From positions 62,001 to 117,295 of the IMG/VR virus record IMGVR_UViG_3300042485_000398: DNA of 55,295 nucleotides, one strand, 5' to 3'. Position 1 is the first letter of the stretch; each line of letters begins with the position of its first letter. Of the stretch, positions 46,440 through 55,185 are shown in pieces. The translations under genes were made by a program, and so were the position numbers. The notes beneath the pieces are model-generated. The model did not search any database. It was given only the letters and a program-made list of their open reading frames with translations, and was not told the origin of the DNA. The stretch comes from an uncultured virus (IMG/VR IMGVR_UViG_3300042485_000398). Taxonomy: Duplodnaviria > Heunggongvirae > Uroviricota > Caudoviricetes.

Positions 46440-47773
46440 AGGGTATTACACCATTCTAAAAATTCTTTGAATTCTGGAAATACTTCCACTAGGTTGCTTT
46501 TGCTTCGTCTATCGTATTCTGGGAAAAACTTAGCAAAATCTCGTCTGGCATTTAGACGATACGTATCATCAATTGCATGTTCATCGTTATAAAAGTAATC
46601 TCGAATACGTAACATCTTTTGACGTTCTATATCAGTAAACCATTCAGACTCCTGAATGAATTTCAAGTCAGAATCGATATACTTACCGAAATCTTTAGTT
46701 AGAATATTGATTGTCCAGTGTGGCGGTTCTTTAAGATGTGGAATATCAACAATAATTCTATCTTTGCCCCATTTTTTTCTAAGTTCCACAATATAATCTA
46801 AGAAGTCTCTGAAATACGGTACTACAAGATTATTATACGTTACCATAAAGGACATGTAAGCAGTTGGGACCAATTCTAGAACGGTGTCAACATTCTTCTT
46901 AAACAACTCGTAGTCCAGACCACGCCGAATGTATTCAGCTTGTTTACCGGTGCATTCAATACTGGTAAAACAACGAAAATTCTTAATCTTATTGTTATCT
47001 ATAAGTTCTCGAACAGTATTACTTACTTCAACAACTTTTCGATTGGTTACACCGAGATTGGTATTAATCTGCAACATAAGGTCAGAATTACCCTCGTCAC
47101 GCAACGTCTCTAACAGACGATATGTATTGGTGGTCATCAGAGGTTCACCACCAGTAATACGGAAAATCTTCAACTCTTTTTTTAGTTCTGGCCACCATTT
47201 CCAAAATGCTTCCACATAGGGATTATATTCTTTCTCAGAATATATTTTCTTTCCTCTAGTTCCATATGGACTGTCTGTTAGATCATAGTCACCAAATTCT
47301 TCAAGTTCTTGTTCCCACATAGAAGAAAAAGATGCAGTGCAATATCCACACTTGAAATTACACGCATTACTAAAACTAATTTCCATGTTGTATGGATTTA
47401 CGTTCTGATCCCATGGAGTATTGCGTAGAAGTTCGGTTTCTTCATTAAGATCAAAAATAGGATTAATTTTATCAATATTCTTCAATACGCGGTCGCTGAC
47501 CTTACCAATCTTTTCAATATTCCAACAATATGAACAACCAGGCGGTTTACCACCAGAAAGCATATACTTTCTAGTGAATTTCTCATAAAGTGTGTTGTGA
47601 AGAGCGGCTGGATCTTCCTCAATTTCTTCCAGCGGAATAATTCTAGGACTAGGATGATGGCAGCTATGCTTGTCACCCGAATGCAGATACAGCGCAAGCC
47701 ATCTCCACTTCTGTGGACAAAATCCCTCGCCTACAGAATTTAGTGTGGTTAAAGCATCATCTATTTCACTCAT
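46436..47773 (-). CDS. Radical SAM protein (FC..KW/HSC.HP subtype)
   Basis: CNFKCGYC and TGGEP; N-terminal FCPQKW...HSCHHP...CSYCW. Confidence 0.88.
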   Translation of the reverse strand: MSEIDDALTTLNSVGEGFCPQKWRWLALYLHSGDKHSCHHPSPRIIPLEEIEEDPAALHNTLYEKFTRKYMLSGGKPPGCSYCWNIEKIGKVSDRVLKNIDKINPIFDLNEETELLRNTPWDQNVNPYNMEISFSNACNFKCGYCTASFSSMWEQELEEFGDYDLTDSPYGTRGKKIYSEKEYNPYVEAFWKWWPELKKELKIFRITGGEPLMTTNTYRLLETLRDEGNSDLMLQINTNLGVTNRKVVEVSNTVRELIDNNKIKNFRCFTSIECTGKQAEYIRRGLDYELFKKNVDTVLELVPTAYMSFMVTYNNLVVPYFRDFLDYIVELRKKWGKDRIIVDIPHLKEPPHWTINILTKDFGKYIDSDLKFIQESEWFTDIERQKMLRIRDYFYNDEHAIDDTYRLNARRDFAKFFPEYDRRSKSNLVEVFPEFKEFLEWCNTL

Positions 47774-48168
47774 CTACGCATCCTTGAGATTTCTTCCATC
47801 TGATCTTGATTAATTACTGGTACTGCATTAGATTTATGCATCGTGGCAATACCCCTGATCAGAGTACCAGTATATTCATTAGGCTTCTTAGCAAACGTCA
47901 TACCACCGCTATCTACAGATTTATAACGTTCGCGATGATCGGATTTATACGCTGCTGGCATGGGAGTGCCACGCAGCTTAGGCTTATACTTACCTTGACG
48001 GTATTGCACATATTCGTCAAAGGTCTTAGTCGAAGAACCAAGACGTTTCATCTGCTTATTGTAGTCTACCCAGTCCTGAGCATACTTACCAGTGATTCCC
48101 TTATTTACAGTCTTTCTATTTTTGGTATTTGTTGTAGTATAAGCTGGGCCCAACAGATGCATTGACAT
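47770..48168 (-). CDS. Conserved phage hypothetical protein (start at MSMHLLG, SD GAGGAG)
   Basis: C-terminal YTG..IRGIATMHKSNAVPV...ISRMRR, a motif I recognise from T4-like phages; stop overlaps the first radical SAM ATG. Confidence 0.75.
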   Translation of the reverse strand: MSMHLLGPAYTTTNTKNRKTVNKGITGKYAQDWVDYNKQMKRLGSSTKTFDEYVQYRQGKYKPKLRGTPMPAAYKSDHRERYKSVDSGGMTFAKKPNEYTGTLIRGIATMHKSNAVPVINQDQMEEISRMRR

Positions 48169-48189
48169 AATAATCTCCTCAAGACTTTT

Positions 48190-48261
48190 ACAATACAACA
48201 TATAGCCAAGATTGTCAATAGAAAAATAATGGTTGACATTTGGTCGCGAATCGTCTATAAC
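48190..48261. promoter_or_regulatory. Divergent sigma70-type promoters
   Basis: - strand: TTGACA(48218-48213)-17 bp-TATTGT. + strand: TTGACA(48233-48238)-17 bp-TATAAC. Confidence 0.7.
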
Positions 48262-48274
48262 TAGATTATAAGTT

Positions 48275-48478
48275 ATGGAGATTGTGATGATTCTTGAGAT
48301 ATCTAGAAGTGAAGAGACCCTGCTTAAAGAGTTGGGTGTCACATGGAACGGTTGGCAGTATGAACATGCCGAGTTTCTTGAAATTAATTTTGAACTAGAA
48401 GCGAATGGTATTCCTACCTATTCGTCTTTTGAAGAATATCTTGAAGGCCGTGTGGCATATAAAAGGAAGGTTGCATAA
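48275..48478 (+). CDS. Small acidic hypothetical protein (start probably 48284 or 48287)
   Basis: ORF directly behind the + strand promoter, with GGAG SD. Confidence 0.6.
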   Translation: MEIVMILEISRSEETLLKELGVTWNGWQYEHAEFLEINFELEANGIPTYSSFEEYLEGRVAYKRKVA

Positions 48479-48615
48479 TGAACACCGAAGAACTAGAACA
48501 ACACTTCCTTCAGATGGAGAAGGAACTATTCGAACAAGAAGTTACTTCGAAGTCGCCCGATACACGCCGTCCCAATCTTTCGGAGGCGATACCTGAAACT
48601 CTTCAATACGGCTAA
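48478..48615 (+). CDS. Possible truncated ORF MNTEELEQHFLQMEKELFEQEV... overlapping the cyclase 3' end
   Basis: TAATG coupling with the upstream gene and AGGAAGG SD; 74-nt antisense overlap with the cyclase gene. Confidence 0.35.
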   Translation: MNTEELEQHFLQMEKELFEQEVTSKSPDTRRPNLSEAIPETLQYG

Positions 48616-50602
48616 TCATCGAGTCGTAATAATCAGATAGTTCACCTTGCCAGCACTTCTTTAAGTCGCTGGCAAATTTTTTGGCTATTTCCCAGTTACC
48701 TTCACGATAAAATGTAAGAAACTTCTCATGCTGTTTCTCGCCTGGATGATCGAAGGTTTCCAAGATAGTGAAAATCTTAGCTGGCAGTGTCTTACCTTTA
48801 ACTGCAATCAAATCAAGTTCGACTACTTGGTATACATCCCTAACCAGTTCGGCAGTTTGCGGTCCGACGATGAGTTTGACGCCATAAGACTTGGTTTGAC
48901 CTTCCAGACGAGCAGCCAGATTAACGCCATCCCCCAAGCAAGTATAGTCAAAACGCTGAGTGCTGCCCATATTACCAACAACCACAGTGGCAGTGTTAAT
49001 ACCAAGACCCATCCCAAAAGCGGGAATGCCTTCTCTTTGAACTTCTTCATTGAAAGTCTCCAAATCTTTTAGCATCTGAAATGATGTTTTAACTGCATCT
49101 AGTGCATGTTGGTTATTATCGAGAGGCGCATTCCAGAATGCCATCTGTGCATCGCCGATATACTTATCAAGTGTGCCGTTATTTTCAAGAATTGCTTTTG
49201 TCATGACCGTCATATAACGATTCATGATTGAAGTCAAGCCTTGGACATCTTCACCATAATGTTCTGAGATAGTAGTGAACCCTCGAACGTCCGTAAACAT
49301 AATTGAAAGTTCGCGAGACTCTCCGCCAAGTTTTAATAGTTCTGGTTCTCTTTGTAGTCTTGCTACCAAATCTGGACTCAAGTAGGTACCAAACTGTTTC
49401 TTAATTTGTTGCTTCTGAAGGAATTCGCTAATAAACTTTACAGTGTAGATATGCATATAGATTATTGCAATTGCTAGTATGTTAAATGTTACATCAAGTA
49501 AAATACCGTGTTGCGAGAACAGATATAATGGTAGATAGAAATATCCGCCTAGTAGAACTGCGATAAATATAATCGAAAATCTAAATCTAGAGAGAATGAT
49601 CAATGCCAGAGCAAGACCCAGAAACGCCGCAAGATCCGCAATTGCTGACCAATTCGGAATCGAAACAGAATCCCCATTTATCAGAGTTTCTAGTAGACTG
49701 GCCTGAAGGACATGGGGATGTTGCGCACCTGATGGAGTCGCTACAGGATTTGCAATTCCAGCAGCAGTTACGCCAAGAATTACAATTTTCCCATCAAGAC
49801 GAGGAATATCAGAACCTACTTCAACAGTCGGAAATACGTAATTGGGGTTGACAAATACTCTTCCATATTCATCAGTTTTAATAGTTTCAAAAGAAGGAAT
49901 TCGTAATGCTTCAACCCCAGTCTGATTTATCTTGGCTTGATACGAAGAGTCTCCTGCAGCTACACGCAGCATCTCTAGAGCAAATGCGGGATAGTATTCG
50001 CCTGATGTTTGAGATAGAAGAGGAACTCGCCTTACAACCCCATCACTCTCGGGTAGGGTCGACGTTATCCCAACACCGACTGCGGCTTCTTGAAGAGGTG
50101 CGATATTACTTAGAACGCACGGATATTGAGGAAGAAATTCAGTTGCTTCTCCATCGCCGATTACGGCAACGCCTGTTCTCCGAATTGTCGCACTTGCCCG
50201 AGAACAAGAATCACTTACCGTCTGACTCAGAACGACTGGATGTGATCTAAGGGTATCGACAAGAACACCGTCAGTCCCCATACGATCAGGCTCAGGCATA
50301 AGTATAGTGCTGCCAACAAGAGCAGCCCCTCTGCCATAAATGTCGCTAATAATTTGAGCATGGACTTCCCTAGGGAAAGGCCACTGGCCATATTTCTCAA
50401 TTGCTTTCTCCCCAATATTGATAGTTACAATTTGTTCAGATTGCGTCGGCGAACCGAGCATCAAATAATCATAAAACTTCAATCTCGCGGATTCGACCAT
50501 GTATGGGTTTGATAATTTTACTGCTAACAGCACCGCGAAAGTAATCAATGCCAACCACGGCGAAAGAAGAGCTTTCTTAGTTTTTTGTATAAGAGTATCC
50601 AT
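48542..50602 (-). CDS. CHASE2-domain membrane class III adenylate cyclase
   Basis: N-terminal TM, GQWPFPR, DGVVRRVPL, three TMs, then FTDVRGFT, DKYIGDA and YTCLGDGVNLAARLEG. Confidence 0.93.
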   Translation of the reverse strand: MDTLIQKTKKALLSPWLALITFAVLLAVKLSNPYMVESARLKFYDYLMLGSPTQSEQIVTINIGEKAIEKYGQWPFPREVHAQIISDIYGRGAALVGSTILMPEPDRMGTDGVLVDTLRSHPVVLSQTVSDSCSRASATIRRTGVAVIGDGEATEFLPQYPCVLSNIAPLQEAAVGVGITSTLPESDGVVRRVPLLSQTSGEYYPAFALEMLRVAAGDSSYQAKINQTGVEALRIPSFETIKTDEYGRVFVNPNYVFPTVEVGSDIPRLDGKIVILGVTAAGIANPVATPSGAQHPHVLQASLLETLINGDSVSIPNWSAIADLAAFLGLALALIILSRFRFSIIFIAVLLGGYFYLPLYLFSQHGILLDVTFNILAIAIIYMHIYTVKFISEFLQKQQIKKQFGTYLSPDLVARLQREPELLKLGGESRELSIMFTDVRGFTTISEHYGEDVQGLTSIMNRYMTVMTKAILENNGTLDKYIGDAQMAFWNAPLDNNQHALDAVKTSFQMLKDLETFNEEVQREGIPAFGMGLGINTATVVVGNMGSTQRFDYTCLGDGVNLAARLEGQTKSYGVKLIVGPQTAELVRDVYQVVELDLIAVKGKTLPAKIFTILETFDHPGEKQHEKFLTFYREGNWEIAKKFASDLKKCWQGELSDYYDSMISRIEEFQVSPPKDWDGVYRATSK

Positions 50603-52031
50603 TACATGGTCCAGTCGTGCATGTTATTTCCATTTTCGCAGAGTCGGCGGCAGTCAAGTTATTTTGTGTGACAGTTACACCAATTCCAGGACTATTTAGT
50701 AAAAGTTGAAATTGCTTCATAGAAGAACCCAATTGAGTAACCGATGCAGTAACTCCACCAAATGGTGCGCTGATATCCAGAAAATGGTTAGCAGTTCCCT
50801 GTTGTAAGGTACTGATATTATTAGCATTTCCTAACGCATTGATAAACAACGATTTTCCTCCAGCATCTTTTTGTTGAGCCGAGATTTGATTGCCAAGTCC
50901 ATTGGTGATAATCTCGGCATATTTGCTGCCTTGTTGTTGCGTCAATGACACTACGTTGTTATCACCAGTAACGGAAACTTCTGCTAAGTTCTTGCCGATT
51001 GGTGTAGTTGCTGTTCCTTGATTAATAGTAACGCTGTTACCACTACCATTGATAGTCATTGCTTGTGCGCCATTTACGCCACGGATTTGGTTCTGCTTAG
51101 AGGACTGTTCGATGTAAACAGAATTGCTAGAACCAGTTACATTGATGTAGATAGAGTTTTGTGTGATCGCATTAGTTTGATTAATCTTCAATGATTGGTT
51201 TGCACTGATAGAAGCGAGAGGATATGTCGGTTCAGGTGGTGCAGGTGCAGGAGGTGGCGGCGCAGAAGAACCAGCATTCGGTTGAACTGGAGTAAATGCT
51301 GTTCCATTCAGCGAGGTACTACCTTGTAACTGATCAATAAACAAAATTGGCGATAATGAAGTATCACCGAGATTGAATGATGCAAATCCTAGATTATAGT
51401 TACCATCAGCAGGAACAGTAAACACTGCGACTTGCCAACCTGTTGCACCATATGAGTTTGTAGAATAGTTACCTGTTCCTGGATTCGTAAACCCAAGTAG
51501 CGCATAGTTCTGCGTAAGACCATTGACAGTTGGTGTTCCTGGACCGCCAGTAAGAGTTATGATTGAACCATCATTGAATGGAACGTAATCGGTCGAAAGA
51601 TATTGCCACGCAAAGGTATATGTTACACCTGCCTGCAATGCTACGCTTCTTCTAACCCAAGATGCGTTAGTTGGAGTTGAGTTTCCACCAAGAGATGTAA
51701 GATAGGATCTGATACTAGAAATGTCGGATCCTTGTAAACCAAGCGATGTCATGGCAGGGTCGAAGTTGACTGACCCTGCTCCTGCTTGAACAGCAAGCAT
51801 GTAAGAACCATATGGCGTAACTGTCCAACACTTACCGCCACCTGGACAATAGTTAGTCATTCCAGTTGTAACTTGAGAACCTGAACCGTTTGGACTCCAA
51901 CTGTTTCTTAGAGTTGTTGACCCATTACTGACAGTCCATTCGGTATAGTTACCGTTTTCAAATCCAAGGTTTGTTTGTGCGAACGCTGGTATCGTAAAGA
52001 ATAGTAAAAATAAAGCAATTAGTTTTTTCAT
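50577..52031 (-). CDS. Secreted protein: signal peptide, beta-sandwich-like domain, Pro linker, curlin-like repeats
   Basis: MKKLIALFLLFFTIPAFA; NLGFENG..W; PPPPAPAPPEP; repeated GxxNxxxxxQ units (GSSNSVYIEQ, GSGNSVTINQ, GDNNVVSLTQ, GLGNQISAQQ, GNANNISTLQ). Confidence 0.7.
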   Translation of the reverse strand: MKKLIALFLLFFTIPAFAQTNLGFENGNYTEWTVSNGSTTLRNSWSPNGSGSQVTTGMTNYCPGGGKCWTVTPYGSYMLAVQAGAGSVNFDPAMTSLGLQGSDISSIRSYLTSLGGNSTPTNASWVRRSVALQAGVTYTFAWQYLSTDYVPFNDGSIITLTGGPGTPTVNGLTQNYALLGFTNPGTGNYSTNSYGATGWQVAVFTVPADGNYNLGFASFNLGDTSLSPILFIDQLQGSTSLNGTAFTPVQPNAGSSAPPPPAPAPPEPTYPLASISANQSLKINQTNAITQNSIYINVTGSSNSVYIEQSSKQNQIRGVNGAQAMTINGSGNSVTINQGTATTPIGKNLAEVSVTGDNNVVSLTQQQGSKYAEIITNGLGNQISAQQKDAGGKSLFINALGNANNISTLQQGTANHFLDISAPFGGVTASVTQLGSSMKQFQLLLNSPGIGVTVTQNNLTAADSAKMEITCTTGPCNGYSYTKN

Positions 52032-53173
52032 CTTGCACCTGTTTCTTGCATCACAGTTATATTACCCTGTGGTCTACCAGTTCCCGATGTTGTCCACTTA
52101 TCGTCCATAAAGTTATAGACATCTACTAATCCGTTTTGAACGGATACAACTTGTGCTTCGTTACCCTTCTCTAACCAGATAGTAACTGCCTGTTGTCTGT
52201 CATCTGATAGTCGAGTATACACCCAACCGACCTGAACGTTCTTCTTGAATGTCGGCGACACATTAGTATAAACTGTTTCCGCTGGTTTACTACCTTCGTT
52301 AAACTCAGCATAAACTTCTAGAAGTTCTTGTGGTGTTGCTTGGCGAAGCATGGCAACAGTAACTTGTTCTGTATTATCATTCGTGCCTGCATCTGGATCC
52401 TTATTGTCATCCGATGCTGCTTTTGCTGGGTTAGTGAATTTCTTTAAACTATCTCTAGCAAGTTGAAGTAAACTCTGACCATCATCTGTTTCCAACGGAA
52501 CAATTTGAACGTTGTTATCTAATGTCTTAATCAAAGGATTAATGATTACTGGTGGAGCAGGAGGAGCAAAATTGTTTTCTACAACTGTTGCTTGGAATGG
52601 TTGGTTTAACGTAACTACGCCAGATGCAGTTATTACATCGATTGAACCGTTAGGACATTCGGCAGTTTGTTTTGTGATGTCCAATTCGTTATAGCATTCG
52701 GGAACCAGCACGACCGTAGAACGACCTGCTTCATCAACCGACATAACGAAGTCTGTGCCACGAACTGCGATAGTAGCAGTCGGTGTGCGAATGTTTACGC
52801 CTCGTGGGTTTGTTTTTGCGACTTTGCCTGATGCGTATCTGACGGTGCCAAGCGCGACCCGAAGTCCAAGTTTGCCCTTCGTCTTCCCTCCCCCATCATA
52901 CACAAAGTCATCCACAAGAAGGCGAGAGTTTTCTGTAATATTAACGGTAGTCGAGTCATTGAATGTAATCCTAAATCTGCCTTGACTGTTTGTTGAAACA
53001 GTGTCCATCTTTTGAACTCGTGCACCCTTAGATGCAACTGTAGTCTTGGCGCCACGCTTAATAGCACCACCTCCTCTGAAATCTGTTATCGACCCAATAT
53101 CCGCAAAGGCAGGAGTCGATAACAGAAATATCAGTAGAAGATTAGTGACCAGTTTTGATATTAAACGTGCCAT
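52028..53173 (-). CDS. Secreted/periplasmic FecR-domain protein
   Basis: Signal peptide ..STPAFA; DTVST...ITFNDST..ITENSRL and IRTPTATIAVRGTDF motifs; start uncertain (53173 or 53185). Confidence 0.8.
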   Translation of the reverse strand: MARLISKLVTNLLLIFLLSTPAFADIGSITDFRGGGAIKRGAKTTVASKGARVQKMDTVSTNSQGRFRITFNDSTTVNITENSRLLVDDFVYDGGGKTKGKLGLRVALGTVRYASGKVAKTNPRGVNIRTPTATIAVRGTDFVMSVDEAGRSTVVLVPECYNELDITKQTAECPNGSIDVITASGVVTLNQPFQATVVENNFAPPAPPVIINPLIKTLDNNVQIVPLETDDGQSLLQLARDSLKKFTNPAKAASDDNKDPDAGTNDNTEQVTVAMLRQATPQELLEVYAEFNEGSKPAETVYTNVSPTFKKNVQVGWVYTRLSDDRQQAVTIWLEKGNEAQVVSVQNGLVDVYNFMDDKWTTSGTGRPQGNITVMQETGAR

Positions 53174-53915
53174 TTGATCCCACACTATTAATATTGATCA
53201 CAGTTTCAGATGCACCATACTGTTGTGTTGTTACAGTGTTTAGCGAACCTGTCAGGTTTACATATAGTGAGTGACCGAATGTTCCACCGAGATCGGTTTG
53301 TGTAACATCAAAGTCATTGTAGTTGCCTGTCACCAGAATAGTTTGTGACGCATTTGGTGATAGTGCATCCATGTTGATTGTGTTATTGTTACCGTTGAAA
53401 TCCATCGAGTTGCGGATATTAGCACCCGAACCACGGAAAACAAAAGCATTGTTGTTACCAGTGAACTTGGCATTCATGTCGAGTTGATTACATGAGGAGT
53501 CAGACTCTTCTGTTCCACAACGAATAGTAGCAGTGTTCAAATCGCCAATTTGACGAATTGTTACATCGGCGATTCCTTGTGCTCCTGTATCGGATACGAC
53601 ACCCATATAAAGTTGGTTTCCATTGCCTGTCTGTATTGCGATAACGCTCTGGTTATCACCACGTAGGTAAATAGGATCAAGAGTAGAACCGATAACGTTA
53701 GCAGTACCAGTTTGAACGATGTTAACATCTACGTTACCCCCTTCTTGATCGATATATACCTTATTTGTTGTTGCAACAGTATTCGCTTCTGTTTCATTTG
53801 GCGAAGTTGTTACAATTGCTGGAGGAGTTGGTGCTGTTGGCAGCACAGTTTGTGCAATCACAGATGTTCCATAACAAAGAGCAGCGCCAACGAATAAAAA
53901 CTTACTTAGTTTCAT
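53142..53915 (-). CDS. Curlin-like repeat secreted protein (start at MKLSK)
   Basis: Signal peptide; NKVYIDQEGGN, QTGTAN, QTGNGN, QIGDLN and GNNN repeats (QxGxxN curlin pattern); directly after csgG. Confidence 0.7.
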   Translation of the reverse strand: MKLSKFLFVGAALCYGTSVIAQTVLPTAPTPPAIVTTSPNETEANTVATTNKVYIDQEGGNVDVNIVQTGTANVIGSTLDPIYLRGDNQSVIAIQTGNGNQLYMGVVSDTGAQGIADVTIRQIGDLNTATIRCGTEESDSSCNQLDMNAKFTGNNNAFVFRGSGANIRNSMDFNGNNNTINMDALSPNASQTILVTGNYNDFDVTQTDLGGTFGHSLYVNLTGSLNTVTTQQYGASETVININSVGSNGTFNIKTGH

Positions 53916-54726
53916 TTGTTGTTTCCTTTTGTTTGAATCTCCATAGATTTTTGGTTTCACCATCCTTGATTAACTCAACAACGGCCGTTTCTATGGCAGA
54001 ACGGATCGCATAACTACCTGCTTCATTACTTGTTTGTTGTCCATCAAATTCAAACGCTTTAGTTGCCATGTCGAAGAATGTGAATGCAGTTATCCCCTCA
54101 GATGTAGAGAGAACAGTTTTCTCTACAGTAACCGAATTGAGAACTTCACCAGTCTGGACAGAAACTAGACGAAGACTAACTGTAACTTGGTCTTGTGTGT
54201 ATTGCTGGTATGGACCGACGCCAAGGAATCTAGCGCCAGTACCACCAGTTTTAATGTTAGAGTTATAGTCAATGATACCACCTTCTATGATGATACCTGC
54301 AACCTTTAGTGGTGGAAGAGGTTCGGCAGATTCACCTGAAATCTGTTCGCGCATCTGGCGAACAAGTTGACGTTCTTTAATCAGCGAATCAATACCAACA
54401 CGCTCAACAGGGATAAACCACTTACCATTGCCCGTATCTTGTAAAGTCTTAATCAGATATGCATCTGCACCTTGGGTAACCGCAGTAGAGAAACTTGCGA
54501 GAGTCGAAGATGGTTTACGTTGACCAGTTCTATCAGTAAATGAATACAACGCAATAGGAATTGGTTGACCATCAAGTTCTGGTAAATTTTTAAAAAGTTT
54601 TGGATTAGCAAAACGCTTGACTTCTGCATCGTCTCTGAATAGATATGATTGGTTAGCAGTAGGATGAAGCGCACCAACGCAACCAGAAAGAACGAGTAAA
54701 AGTGGAAGGAGAATTAACTTTTTCAT
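53902..54726 (-). CDS. csgG: Curli secretion channel lipoprotein CsgG/HfaB family
   Basis: Lipobox LSGC; FTDRTGQRKP, STAVTQGA, WF.PVER.G...L.KERQL.R, EGGIIDY.SN and DQVTVSLRLVSV.TGEVL motifs. Confidence 0.92.
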   Translation of the reverse strand: MKKLILLPLLLVLSGCVGALHPTANQSYLFRDDAEVKRFANPKLFKNLPELDGQPIPIALYSFTDRTGQRKPSSTLASFSTAVTQGADAYLIKTLQDTGNGKWFIPVERVGIDSLIKERQLVRQMREQISGESAEPLPPLKVAGIIIEGGIIDYNSNIKTGGTGARFLGVGPYQQYTQDQVTVSLRLVSVQTGEVLNSVTVEKTVLSTSEGITAFTFFDMATKAFEFDGQQTSNEAGSYAIRSAIETAVVELIKDGETKNLWRFKQKETTNETK

Positions 54727-54735
54727 AACGTCTCC

Positions 54736-55185
54736 TTAGAATGCAAACGTAGCAATAGGAACGACAACAACCGTAGTATTGCCATTCTTATCAACTACTG
54801 TTAGAGTAACTTCGGTGCCAGTCTTGACATAACTTACAGAGTTACCATCGAGATTGAATGTTCCCGTGGTTGCTGTTCCGCCTTCTGCGAACAGATTGTT
54901 AGAAAGTTGTGTTGCAAGTTGTGCGTAAACCTGAGAGGTAAAGAGTGCCATGAATTTAGCAAGAGGAGTATTTGATGCCTCTGCCCTTATCAGTGCCGCT
55001 TTCGCTGCTTCGGCATCCTTAATTGCCTGCTCACGCGAACGCTCTTGCGCATCGATTGATTGCACATGCGAAGACCACCCATAACCAGTAAAGGAAGGTG
55101 ATTTAAACTGTTGAACAATTGGATCCGCGTATGCTGGACTACTTAGACTTAGTAGCGTCAGGAGCACCATCGCTCGTTTTAGCAT
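54736..55185 (-). CDS. csgF: Curli assembly protein CsgF
   Basis: Signal peptide then FKSPSFTG (CsgF N-terminal NPxFGG-like), SQVYAQLATQL; directly upstream of csgG. Confidence 0.8.
   Translation of the reverse strand: MLKRAMVLLTLLSLSSPAYADPIVQQFKSPSFTGYGWSSHVQSIDAQERSREQAIKDAEAAKAALIRAEASNTPLAKFMALFTSQVYAQLATQLSNNLFAEGGTATTGTFNLDGNSVSYVKTGTEVTLTVVDKNGNTTVVVVPIATFAF

Noticed and set aside
47770..48342. 190-aa extended version of this ORF; likewise the upstream extensions of gp4 (22164), phoH (33460) and the curlin-like gene (53963)
   Set aside because: The extensions cross promoters, terminators or neighbouring genes; internal ATGs with better SD or context were preferred
48542..50602. Cyclase as part of a CBASS/Pycsar-like defence system
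   Set aside because: CHASE2 plus TM sensor architecture with ATP-type specificity residues, and no adjacent cyclic-nucleotide effector gene
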